A DNA stretch of 64,000 nt from Macrostomum lignano (lineage: Eukaryota): assembly GCA_002269645.1 (NCBI GenBank), contig NIVC01000023.1, positions 1,449,713-1,513,712 on the forward strand. The letters run 5' to 3'. A model generated the notes under the pieces. The model was not told the origin of the DNA, did no database searches, and worked only from the letters and a program-made list of their open reading frames with translations. Position numbers and translations under genes: made by a program. Each line of letters begins with the position of its first letter. The first letter of the stretch is position 1. This document shows positions 27,512-39,539 of the stretch, piece by piece.

Positions 27512-28654
27512 TCAAACCGATCCAAACCAGACTTCGCGAAATATTTGCTTAGTAGTCTTCTTTTTTCTTGATTCGAGATTTGGCCACTCCGAGAAGTCTT
27601 TGAGGCTAACGGGATGATAGTACTCGGTGTCCGTGCTAGGCTCGGCAAACATCAAGACGTAGCGGTCGCGTGGCGACTTGTAGTACTTTGCCAGCAGCCT
27701 GCGTCTCCGCTCGGTCATGGAGAAGGGCTCGGTTCTGGATAGATTTTTTGTGTTGCAATAATGCTACTGTGAGTAGGAGTCTTCGATAATATTTGTTATT
27801 TGTTACTCTTGGAACATTTGTGTCACGATCTTGGGTCATTTCTGGCACTCTTGGGTCATTCTGTCACTCTGGAGTCCGTTCTGTCACTCTTGAGTCATTT
27901 CTGGCACTCCTGGGTCATTCTGTCACTCTGGAGCTATTTCTGTCACTCTTAGGTCATTTCTAGCACTCTTGGGTCATTCTGTCACTCTGGAGCCATTTCT
28001 GTCACTCTTGGGCCACTTCCATCACTCTGGAGCCATTTCTGTCACTCTTGGGCGATTTCTGTCACTGTTGGGGAATTTCTGTCACTATTGGATCGATTCT
28101 GTCACTCTTGGGACACTTCCATCACTCTGGAGCCATGTCTGTCACTTTTGGGCGATTTCTGTCAATTTTTGGCCATTTATTTTTTTCTTGTGCCATTTCT
28201 GTCACTCTTGAGCAATTTTAGTCCCTCTTGGGCCATTTCTGCCACTCTTGGGTCATTTCTAGCCAGTCACTCTTGGGCTATTTCTATCACTATTAAAAAT
28301 TAGTTAGCGCCTTTGGGTCTTTTGCCTCACCATATCTGAAATTATTTTCGCATCTAGAATAATTCTGTAATTGTTTCGCATTATTATCACATTTCACAAT
28401 TATCTCTGCCTCCCAATTGCATGACACATAAGCACTACTCACCTGTCGAAAACATAATAGCTGACAATTTTCCCCCAGCTGATCAAGAAGGCAGCCACTA
28501 ATCGCACGTGAATCTTGCCTTTAATTGTCAGCCACTGACCATAGCGATGGTTGTAAATCTCTTTTAGCTTGTCGGCATCCGCAAATGACATCATGCAAAG
28601 CGACTGATGGCTGCAAACCGAGCCTAATGGAGACTTTTGCTGCTTCTTGTCCAT
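27512..28654 (-). CDS. Uncharacterised small protein (144 aa from the two visible exons 28654-28443 and 27734-27512; may extend upstream)
   Basis: A GTGAGT donor (phase 2) joins a TCCAG acceptor in frame, giving ...YYVFDR|TEPFSMTERRRRLLAKYYKSPRDRYVLMFAEP...FGSV*. The total is 435 bp. Composition is non-repetitive and coding-like, and the intron carries a minisatellite like other introns here. I do not recognise a domain. Confidence 0.6.
27815..28290. repeat. Degenerate ~20-bp tandem repeat (TTCTGTCACTCTTGGGCCAT), intronic
   Basis: Seen directly. Confidence 0.85.
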
Positions 28655-29043
28655 GCTAACTGGCTTCTGTTCTGTAAATTGGATTGCAGTTGCAGTATTT
28701 TTTGCGGCCGTTTTTTAATTTGTAATTAATATGATGGGTTTCGACCTTCGGGTCCCTTGTTAGGAAAGCCTTCGGGCCTCAGGTCTCAGAAACAAATCAC
28801 TTAGAGCCCTGGCCCCCCACTCCTGTCAGATGGTCAGCCCCATGGTAGCTTGATCGTGTGGCGAGCAGTCTAGGTCCTATAGCTAAGAGAGGGACAGCGA
28901 GAGACAAGCAGGGAGAATTTTGAAGGTAGAAATTAGCTAATCCGCAGACTAAGCTAACTCGCTGCCACCAGCCCGTGCGTCCTGGCTCACCACACCGGGA
29001 CTCTAAAAATCGGGCTTCCGACTAGAAGGGGCTTTGCGCTTAC

Positions 29044-29174
29044 CTGCCAACTAGTGTCTTTTTGCTGTCAATCTCGAAGTCATAGCCGATGATAAGGGAC
29101 ACTGCTGGGACTAGATCGCATTGGCCATGCAGGTACAGAGGGGACTTGTGCAGGGGATTCTTGCAGTGGCGAGT
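29044..29174 (-). CDS. Candidate upstream exon of the 27512-28654 gene
   Basis: CCATAG acceptor, then TRHCKNPLHKSPLYLHGQCDLVPAVSLIIGYDFEIDSKKTLVG, then a GTAAGC donor (phase 2). It is compatible with the 27734 acceptor or with a TTAG acceptor one base before ATG 28654. Confidence 0.4.
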
Positions 29175-30049
29175 CTATGGAGTAGCTACATGTACTATTA
29201 CATTGCTAAATACGAAGATATGTACTTTTGGCCTTCAACGCGCCAACTAGCCTCTCATAGCGCTGATGATAGACTAACTCGAACTTCAGAGACCTCGCAT
29301 GATTCATTACCCGAGCCGCTTGGCTAACCTAGAGTGCACAAAGTACATCTCTGGCGCCGATTCTGCACTTCTGGCAGTTTTGCTCACTGATTTGATTGAT
29401 TGATCGACTGAGAACCGCCTTGCCATTGGTCCACTGTGACCGGCGCCTACTAGCTTAGCTACTCATCTGAGCCGTCGGCGAACAAAGAACTAAAACCGAT
29501 AAAAATAACTGTCAGATTTAGCCTTCTCCTTAAATCACTTCACACCTCAGATTGAATTGGAGTTTCAGACTACTAGCAGTATTATTAAGTGATTTCTGCC
29601 TCAGCAACAGCACTACTGAACAAAATGAGCAAAAGTGTGCGCCTAATCCAGCTACTGAAACAGGGGACAGACAGGGAATCACCCAATCAAGCAAGTCTAG
29701 GTAGCCTCTCACCCAACCAATCAGAAACTCAACAGCCGGAGACCAGGTAATCCACAGTGACCGAATCGGCTTGATGCTCTGTAGCTGTAGACTCGGGATG
29801 ATGCTGACACAATCTTCGCTGATAGCTAGCAGGTGATGATCTTCGCTTGATGTTCGCTGCTGACGACCGGGGGATTCGTCCTTGATGATGATGGGGGGAA
29901 GTCGCAATCCGGGGATCAAGAAACGACGGTCGCGCTCCGGGAACCAGAAGTTGCGTGCTGGACCCGAGCAAGAGTTGCGTCCGAGCGGGCCAAAAACTCC
30001 GGTTTAAATAGCCGCCAACTGGACCGCAGTTTGTTATAATGGAACACGT

Positions 30050-30140
30050 CGATTCTGATTGGCTGAGCCGTTTTGTTAAAATGAGCGCCGAATTTTCTGA
30101 TTGGCTAAGCTTGTTGCTACCCAGAATCACGTGACCGAGA
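30050..30140. promoter_or_regulatory. Putative promoter segment with two CCAAT boxes and an E-box
   Basis: CTGATTGGCT occurs twice (about 30056 and 30098) and CACGTG at about 30128, upstream of the minus-strand exons. More ATTGGCT motifs lie at 30756-30870. Motif evidence only. Confidence 0.3.
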
Positions 30141-33100
30141 GATCCTATCAGTTCCCACAGGGTCGTAAAAAGATGACAGGTGCGGCCATAAATCACTCAA
30201 AATCGCAACAAAATGATTTATGACTTTTCGCGTAGGATTGACAGAAATTAATGAAAAAATATACATTAGAAAGCTCTTATTAAATAGAAAGTGAAGATAA
30301 TGAAGAGAAATTGCTAATCGCTAATCCCAAGGTACTCTTAGGGGTAAAACGCATAGCTGTCAAAGCTGTCACACGCTTGAGTGAATCCGAACAATAGGCT
30401 CTGACCTCATAAATCTTGATGGCCTGTCAAAATTAGGAGAGAAAAAGCTACCGCCCGCATCCTCTCAGACCATCTGGCGCCCGTCTCAACACTGAGTGAG
30501 GCGCAGGTGGCTGTCAGACCAGCTTCGAAAGCGATGATTTATGACCCAAAAAGCAATGCCTATGTTATTATGACTACTAGTATGGCCAGACATTATATCT
30601 AGTATAGATTCTATGACAATTTGCAGAAAAAAGATAAAAATGCCCCTTGCCCACTGTTAGTAGGCAAGTAAGTTTAGAGCCCATGTGCTAGCGCGGGATT
30701 TGAGAAAAAGTGCGTCCTCATCAAATATATGCCTTCATATGTCTTCTCTCTTCTCATTGGCTAAGCCGTGCAATCAATAAATGTTCCTCCTGCCCTCAGC
30801 TCTTCCCTCATTGGCTGAACCGACGCACTCAATAAAATTTTTCTCCTACCCTCGGCTCTTCCCTCATTGGCTGAGCCGTGCACCCAATCAAATGTTCCTC
30901 CCGCCCTCGGCTGTTTTCCTCCTGCCCTCGGCCGTGCGCCGAAAAAATTCTTCATTCCTTTTAACTCTACACTGATTTGATAAAAATCTAATAAGATCGG
31001 GGGAAATAGAAAATTTCTCATAATGTTTTATCAAATTCACTTTAGGATGGACGCACTATGCATATGGGCGAAAAAAAAGAAATTTAATAAACAGTAAAGC
31101 TATACCCTCTAAAGCAGCTAAACACGATCTGATCAGACATTGCAACAAATAGTTCAAAAGGATAGGACCTACCTTGAAAACTTCTTTTTTCAAGCAAGAC
31201 GTGTATATCTGTTTAAAAAGTGTTAAAAAGTTAATATAGCGACGCAGAGAAACTGTGCGGCCGTCGGAGAAGGCAAAAGAATGCAGATCTCTTTATATGG
31301 AGCTAGTGTAAACTCTCTCTTCCATTTTATCTACAATAGGTTGTCTTAAAGAAGCAGGTTTCAGGGGGTAGAGGTGGTCAAACAACGATATTTCTGTCTA
31401 TCTAAAGCATTGTGCATTTTTCTTAGATTCACAGAAGGGTGTGGCTTCGAGAGGCTTGTGTGCAGGCAAACAATGCAAAAGAAGTCTGTGCATTAAATAC
31501 CACCATACCTATCAACTATAGCTCGATTATACTGGAACTAGAAGTAGACTTTCACATTTTTTCAAGCGCTTAAAAATTCATTTATAGCGAAATAATGACT
31601 TGCGGTAGCCATACTACTCGATGAGTAGAGCCTGTAGGGAAATTTTGAACCCACACGGCAATGGACAACTGAAGTAGAAATTAGATGCTACTCTCGACTT
31701 TCTTAGAAAAAAGCTGGAAGCCGGTAAGAAACGTACAGTTGTAGTGAGCCGCTTGTTAGGCGTCCCACTGTAGAGAGTTATTACACAATACCGTAATGCT
31801 CTACTTAAAGTAATATTCTAGGAAAGTCAATTTATTCTAGAATGAGTCATATCTATTTTAGGAATCACGCGCAAACAGAATGATTTAGAACCCTACATTG
31901 TTTGATCAAGGAACCGGATTCCAACAGCTTTATTTGCTTAACCCCATATATGGCAATGCTCAAACATGCATGACCGCTAAATCAAACATTTATGACCTAA
32001 GTAAATACCCAATCCCAAACCGGTTTTTCTCCAAAATTTTGCTGTAAATATAAGTTAAAATTCGAGTCAAAAATTTAGACTCAGAGCGGTCTCTAAGAAG
32101 GCTCTGAAGGAACAAGAAGAAGACCAATCTCTGAGGAACCACACTTTTTGAGAAACAACGCGTTTACCGGATTCAGTTCATTGATTGTTAGCGTAAATAA
32201 GTTGATTAATTGAATTATAATCAAATTAAAATTAATATTAATTAATTTAATTAGAATTATAATAATTAATATTATTATAATTATAATTGAATTAACTGCT
32301 CGTTCATTGTCGATACATTTGAGAAAGGCCTCCTTGTTTCCTAGCCCTAGGATACATTCCTAGAGGATTTATTGATTCAATTGAGTTATCCGTTACGTTT
32401 CGGACGTAACGAAGAAGCCGCCCTTCAGAAGGATCTATCACAAACTTAGAGGATTCAATTGTTCATTAGGGCGCACGTTCTACTGTTAATTCCGAGCTCG
32501 AGGACCGTCAAGAAGTTCTGATTCGCTCTCGCTTTTGGTCGACCCACAGATAAAAGTCAAGGACTCCCGGAGGTACCGAGTCACCTAAGCCAAACCGAGA
32601 TGTCTACAAGCCACTAAAGGATCCGCTGCAGTAAGAGTTATTTGATTTTGCATATACCTAGGCACTTGTTCCCCAGTGTCTAGAAGTGGGAGTTTTCGAG
32701 TGACTGATCACCACTCTTAAACTCTTCACCACTATTGTCAGCAGTTTCCCTTGCCCTCGCCTTGGGTTGCTGTCTGCTGCTGGGCAGTTGCCCTAACCTT
32801 CTGGTCTACCTGGTCTACCCGCCTTGCTCTGCGCTCGATAGTTTGCAGCCACGGGCATCTCTGCTGTGGTCTGCTCTTCGTTCGCTCCATTTCAGAGGTC
32901 GCGGGTGGTGGCCTGCTTTTCCCTTGTCACTTGAGCTAGTCACATGACAAGCCTTGTTTTCTTGGAGTCCAAAAGAGCAGTAACTATTTTTACTGCTTTA
33001 TTTGGCTCGTGTTTTATGAAGAAATCACGTGCCCCGGGACCCCTGCCTTCTTTAAAACAAGAGATGACGTCAGTTTCTAAAAATAGATACTGAGTCACAT

Positions 33101-33831
33101 GATTTTGCACACAATGACGAAAGGGGGATTCCCAGCCTATAAGCACGGCTCTCTCACCCTTGTTTCCGTCAAGGATTTTCTTTTCATCTTTTCCCGTCCC
33201 CCAGTTCTCTGTTTCTGAGTTTTCGAGTTTCCCAGTTCTCAGCCATTTCTAAGTGTCTGAACCTGAGCCTGACTGAATACCCAATTAACTTAGACGCCCA
33301 ACGCCGAACGGAGGCTAACACCGTCCTCCCAACCCCACTCAACCCGACAGGATCTGCTGACCAGTCCGCCTCGTTCGTTATCCTGCAAATCTGCACGCAG
33401 TGCTGAGTTCTCTGACTTGTTTATTTCGTTCCGACGGAAGCTCACCTTACTGAAGGCAAAGACTCCGAGGTAACTGCAGCAACTCACGGCCGACTGTCCG
33501 TTCAAGGACCTGACGATCGAGATGGTGCGAGACCAGCGTATCGAAAAGACCTGTGTGCCCCGCATTGGAGATCGACTGCCGATGGAGTCTGACGACCTGA
33601 CACTGGAAAAATCCCTTAAACTAGCCATCCAAATCGAGACTGCCATCACGGAAGCCAAAACCATCGCTGATGCTCCAGCGCGTCCTACAGTTAGAAAAGC
33701 TCGGTGCAGGCCGTCACCAAGCCCAAGGCGGAGCAAGACCGTGGCAACTGTCAGCGAAGGCCCCAGCACCGTCCTCCACATCAGGGACCAGGAAACGATG
33801 CCAGAAAACGACATCAAGTGCGTCATCAGCG

Positions 33832-34920
33832 TTGACTTGACTTGACTTAGCTGCAGGGGGCTCCGTGCATCCAGATGCAGCGAGGAGGCGTTGCCGCCCA
33901 TTTCGCTAACCCCTGGCGACCACGGGCAGCTGGTGCTGCGGTGTCGTGCAGGGAGATCCGGCCGGTGTCCGCAGCGCGGTCCCCCTCCGGAGAGTCCAGG
34001 AGGTGGTTGGTCGCTCGCCCGGTAGCCCTTAGGTAGTGGAGGAGCTGGCAGAGTTTCTCGAACCTGAAAACGTCTGAGAGGTCCGGGTTCGGGCCGAGGT
34101 AGGTGAGCCTGTCCTGGGTAAAGGCAGGGCATTCACAGATAAAATGCTCCGCATTCTCGACACCGAAGAGGCAGAATGGGCATTCCTCACTACGGAATTT
34201 TCCCTGGAGGTGACGATGCCTGGCAAAACAGCCATGACTCGAGAGGACCATGGTCACCGCCCTGATGTCCCTGCGGTTGAATCCAAGCAGGCCCCTGCGC
34301 AGGGCGGATGAAGGAAAGGACAGCCGCGCGGGATTGCCGGCGTTAGCCCACCTCTCCGCAGGAGCTTATGGCGAGAACTTTGTTTTGGAAAACGGTGGAG
34401 CAGGTGCCGGTGTGCAGGTCGCCACGGTTCTCCCTCTAGATACGATACAGTAGCCGTAGCCAGTGGCGGAATTGATTAGGGACCCGTCAATGAAGCAGTG
34501 GATTTCATGGGGTTTCCAGTTGTCTCTTGCTTCATGACGTGGTGGAATGCTGGTTTTGAATTTGAGCGGAGGGCAGAGCTTGAACGGGATTCCGTCCGAG
34601 AGGGTCAGCAGGCCTTCCGCTGCTTCCAGGTTTCGCAGGCTGAGGTCGCCGTGTGGCCGGAGGTTCCCCTTTCTGAAGGAAAACTGCTTCTGATGGGGAC
34701 ACCCGCGTCAAACAGACAGCGGGTGGTCTTCATTGCCTCCCCTCTGACAAAGAGGTCAAGTGGGGAATGTCCAGGAAGAAGCTCATGCCAGCAAAGGGCG
34801 TAGAGGGAGTCGCGTTCATGATAGCTCGTGATGGCGGTAACATCGTCCACATAGCCAACCTTTTGAACCAGGTCCGGATGCAGGCTGCAAAACAGCTCGT
34901 CCATGACCATTAACCAGCAA
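33832..34920 (-). mobile_element. 5'-truncated non-LTR retrotransposon fragment (RNase H-bearing, R1/LOA/I-group-like)
   Basis: RT C-terminal part (WLMVMDELF...VGYVDDV), RNase H start (IHCFIDGS...TGYGY, about 34480) and a C-terminal CCHC-type motif (GHG-like SHG...ECPFC...[13 protein letters not shown]). Stop at 33847-33849 followed by a (GTCAA)3 tail. Confidence 0.8.
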
Positions 34921-34930
34921 CGCTTCCGGT

Positions 34931-35153
34931 TGTTGAAAAAGTAATGTAAATTGTATCTATGCTAATTATAGTAACTCTCCTTAGATTCCCCAATTCTAGA
35001 ACTTTCTAGAACGATACTGTATAAGTTCGTCAATGCCTGAAACTAAAGCGATTAAATCAACCTTTGGCTCCATCCTCTCCTAACTTTCCCCTTTTGCTCG
35101 TTGACTAAGAACTATACTCGATCAGCTACACCACTGCGTTTAAAAAGCCAACA
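34931..35153 (+). repeat. Copia 5' LTR
   Basis: Direct repeat of 39317-39539 with 5 substitutions. Confidence 0.95.
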
Positions 35154-38100
35154 GGTTATGAGTCCAGCCCAGCACACTTCCACTGCGCGTAAGTGGTAGC
35201 TGATACAGAAGCCTCGCTCAGACGGAAAATAGGCTTGTTCTCGACACGAACTTTCCGAAGAAATGGCGGATGATAAGTTTCCAGTCGACAAGCTGGGAAG
35301 CGGAAACTGGACTACCTGGAAGATCCAGATCAAGTTATGTCTTATAGCGAGGAAGCTCTGGGGAGTCGTCGACGGTTCCGTAATTCTCGCAGAGTATGCC
35401 ACTCAGGAGCAAGAAAACGAATTTCGAGAGCAGCAACAGAGAGCTGCTGCAGTGATCGTTCTGTCAATCGAGAAAGAGCTCATCTATCTAATAACTTCGT
35501 GTGGCGAAGATCCACATCGGATGCGGCAATCCCTCAAACAGTAATTCGAACGAGATTCAACCGCCAATAAGATCTACGTATTTGAAGAAACAGCTTTTCC
35601 GGCTGCAGATGAGTGAAGGGACCCGCGTACAGGAGCATATGCGCCATATGAAGGAGCCGACCGACAAACTGGCCTCTATCAACTCACCTGTCAGTGAAGA
35701 GGACCAAGTGGTCATGCTGCTAAGCAGCCTGCCTGAGAGCTACTCTATCTTGGTTACTGCCTTGGAAGCTCTCGGTGATGATCTTACTCTGCCGATGGTT
35801 CACCAAGCACTCATCAACGAGGAGCAAAAGCGAAATGAATTAGGTGAGCGAGTGTCTGGTGATACACAGGGTGGAGAGTTTGCACTGAAGATCAAAAAAG
35901 GCCAAGGTCTGCCGCGTCGTGTTGTCAAATGTTTCAATTGCGGAAAGATGGGTCACTTTGCTCGAGACTGTCGTTCAGAAGGAGCGAAAAAGTTCGTCAA
36001 GGACCACACCGACAAACCTGCACGGTATGTCGCCAAAACAGCCGATGGTGCTGCTACCCAGGACATCGCCGAAACCTCGCTTGATAACGACGCACCTAAA
36101 AGCTGCCACGAGACATTCTTTATGTCGCTTGCGAAGACCAGCTCTGACATATCCACCTGGATAATTGACTCTGGAGCGTTCTGCCACATGACATACTCTA
36201 GAGAGCTACTAGTCAACTATAAGCAGTTTGGACGACCTGAAAGGTTCAGCCTAGGTGATGGTCGAACAGTCGAGGCCTGCGGCAGTGGTCAGGTAAAACT
36301 CATTATGCTCCTGCCACATGGCAAGCGTTTCAAGACAGTTATAACAGATGTACTTCTAGTGCCTCAACTGTCGTGCAATCTGTTTAGTGCTCGAGCAGCA
36401 GCAGCAAAGGATTAAGTGATACAGTTCGGTCACTCAAAATGCTGGATTCGCAACAAGGCTGAACTCCTTGTTGGAAAGGGATCTGTTGTTAGCAGAATGT
36501 ACCAGCTTGACTGTGAAGTAAAATTGCCGGCGAACGCTGGGACAATGGCAACTGCTGATTCCCCAGACACAAGTGCAACTTTATGGCACCAGCGTCTTGG
36601 TCATGTCAACGAACACCAACTAAATCAAATGAGCAAAGACCAACTCGTGAGCGGCATCTGTAAGTTGCAGACTGCATGTATAGACTTTTGTGAAGGATGT
36701 ATCGAGGGAAAAATGCACTGCAAGCCTCATAGGTCGATTTCCAAAATCCGCTCTACCGAAAGGCTACAACTAATTGACAGCGACATGCGGTCCTATGCAA
36801 ACAGAGTCATTTAATGGAAACAAGTACTTTGTCACCTTTATTGATGACTACTCACGCTGCGTTAAGATTTTCTTCATGCAACAAAGCTCAGAAGTGCTTG
36901 ATAAGTTTAAGAAGTTTGAGGCCATGGTTGCAACAGAAGCAGGACTCAAACTCAAAGCATTGCAAACTGACGGCGGCGGAGAGTATGCATCAAGTCAATT
37001 TACAAAATTCCTGGAGCAGAAGGGCATTCGGCATGAGACTACCGTGGCTCATACACTTCAGCAAAATGACGTTGCCGAACGGATGAATCGCACCTTCGTT
37101 GAATCAGCCCGTACAATGATGGCCTATGCTGGAGTAAGCAACTAGTTCTGGGCAGAAGCAGTAAACACCGCAGCTTATGTGCAAAATAGAGTCGTGACGA
37201 GTGCTCTTACTCCGCAAATGACGCCATACCAGAGTTGGTATGGGCGCAAGCTCGACGTTGAGCACTTTCGAGTTTTCGGCTGCGTAGCCTATGCCCACGT
37301 ACCAGATGTGAAGCTAAAGAAGCTACACAAGAAGGCCGAAAAGCTATGGTTCGTTGGCTACAATACGGATGGAAGAAGCTACAGACTGTTTGATGAAAGG
37401 TTGAGAAAGACAGTCATCCGCTACGATGTGGTGTTCAACGAGACTTATTTTGGAACCTCAAAAAATGGAACAAGAGACAAGGACGCGAGCTGGTTCAACT
37501 TGGAACTTGATAAGCCCAAATATGACAGAAGAGACACCAGGTCAAGAACAGGAACAATCGGTGTCGACAGAAACTGATCAGAAGCGATATCCTCAACGAG
37601 AAAGGAGAGCCCCTGACCGTCTCAAATATGAAGGTGCAAAAGTGGCATCTGAAGCCAAACACTTTGCGTTCAGAATGACCAAAATTATCGAACCGAAAAC
37701 GATTGACGAAGCCCTGAAAGGAGACTATGCAAAGTAATGGAAAGCTGCCGCTGACTCAGAATATAATTCCCTGATGGAGAATGAAACCTGGGATCTGGTA
37801 CGACTACCTGAAGGACGTAAGGCAATCGGATGTAAATGGATCTTTAAGGTCAAGTATGACGGTGATGGCAGGGTATATCGTTTTAAGGGAAGACTTGTAG
37901 CCAAGGGCTATTCACAGAAGTTTGGCATTGATTATGAAGAGACCTTTGCGCCAGTTGTAAAATTCCTATCTGTTCGCGCAATGTTGGCATTAGCGGCTAA
38001 ACATGAATTACACGTTCATCAGATGGACGTTGTAACTGCCTTTTTGAACGGCGAATTGTGCGAAGCAATTTACATGGAGCAGCCACCCGGTTTCGTCAAG

Positions 38101-39316
38101 CCAGGAGAGGAAGAGCTGGTCTGCAAGTTAAAGAAGTCGCTTTATGGACCTAAGCAAGCGCCCCGTTGCTGGAACAAAGCCTTTTGCGACTACCTAGCCA
38201 GAATTAACTTCGACGAAAGCTCAGCCGACAGGAGGATCTCACTACCCTAGCCGTATACGTTGACGACCGAATACTAATTGCGAAGAGTCTGGTGGAAATA
38301 CAACAAATCAAGGATGAACTTTCCAAAAGGTTCAAGATGAAAAACATGGGCGAGTTGCACTACTGTCTAGGTGTCAACATCCAAGCAAACAAGCAGGAGG
38401 ACCGCTGTATCAAGCTTAATCAGAAGCAGTACATAACCAAACTGCTTGAACGCTATGGACTTGCAGAGGCGAACCCAGCCCTAACTCCGATGGATTTCAA
38501 CGTAAAACTAGCAAAATACAACGAGGGCAGCAAGCCAGTTGACTCAAAAGTTTACCAGTCAATGGTCGGAAGCTTGCTTTATGCAGCAACTGCTACGCGT
38601 CCAGACATCTCGTATGCAGTGGGAGTTGTTTCTAAGTTCAACAACAAACCAAGAGAAATACATCTAACCGCAGTGAAACGAATCTTCCGATACCTAAAGG
38701 GAACAATCGACTTTGGCCTAGAGTACAACTCTGGTGTAGAGAACTTGATCCACTATTCTGATGCGGACTGGGCGAGTGACGTAGATAATCGACATTCCAC
38801 CTCTGGCATCGTGTTTAAGCTATCGGGTGGCGCTATCAGCTGGCTTAGCAAGAAGCAATCAACCGTCACACTCTCAACAACGGAAGCTGAGTACGTCGCG
38901 CTGAGCTCTGCAGCACAAGAAGCCATGTGGCTGCGGCGGCAACTAAGTGATCTTGAAAGATCAGGATCTGAGCGACACACTGTGATCTACGAGGACAACC
39001 AAGGAACTATTTATTGCTCTTTCTGAGAATTCTGCTGGAAGCCGACGGACAAAGCACATTGATATCAGACATCATTTAATTCGCGAAGCCGTCAGCAATG
39101 GACTATTCGAGTGCCCTACTGTCCAACTGGCGATATGGTTGCAGATGTGCTTACTAAGCCGTTACCCAAGGACAAGTTCATGCAGCTGCGAACAATGCTT
39201 AGGGTTGTTAAAACGTAACAGAGGAGTCTGAATTTACTGAAATCTTAATCAGAACTTTGTGAAAACTCGACATTTTTTGTAATCGCATACATAAACAATT
39301 TCATTAAATGGGATCG

Positions 39317-39539
39317 TGTTGAAAAAGTAATGTAAATTGTATCTATGCTAATTATAGTAACTCTCCTTAGATTCCCCAATTCTAGAACTTTCTAGAACGA
39401 TACTGTATAAGTTCGTCAATGCCTGAAACTAAAGCGATTAAATCAGCCTTGGGCTCCATCCTCTCTTAACTTTCCCCTTTTGCTCGTTGACTAAGAAATA
39501 TACTCGATCAGCTACACTACTGCGTTTAAAAAGCCAACA
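39317..39539 (+). repeat. Copia 3' LTR
   Basis: Direct repeat of 34931-35153. Confidence 0.95.

Larger units (their letters stand above)
34931..39539 (+). mobile_element. Ty1/Copia LTR retrotransposon, full length (4609 bp), with decayed gag-pol
   Basis: 223-bp LTRs (TGTTG...CAACA) and a perfect 5-bp TSD CCGGT (34926-34930, 39540-39544). PBS GGTTATGAGTCCAG at 35154. Gag with CFNCGKMGHFARDC, protease WIIDSGAFCHM, LWHQRLGH, integrase (FVTFIDDYSR, LQTDGGGEY, VAERMNRT), RT (KAIGCKWIFKVK, RLVAKGYSQ, QMDVVTAFLNG, LKKSLYG) and RNase H (YSDADWA, YEDNQG). Multiple stops and frameshifts. Confidence 0.96.

Noticed and set aside
29530-30196. Minus-strand ORFs (129 and 155 aa) as first exon of the orphan gene
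   Set aside because: The GC-rich segment is plausible, but no frame-consistent splice path to the downstream exons could be established.
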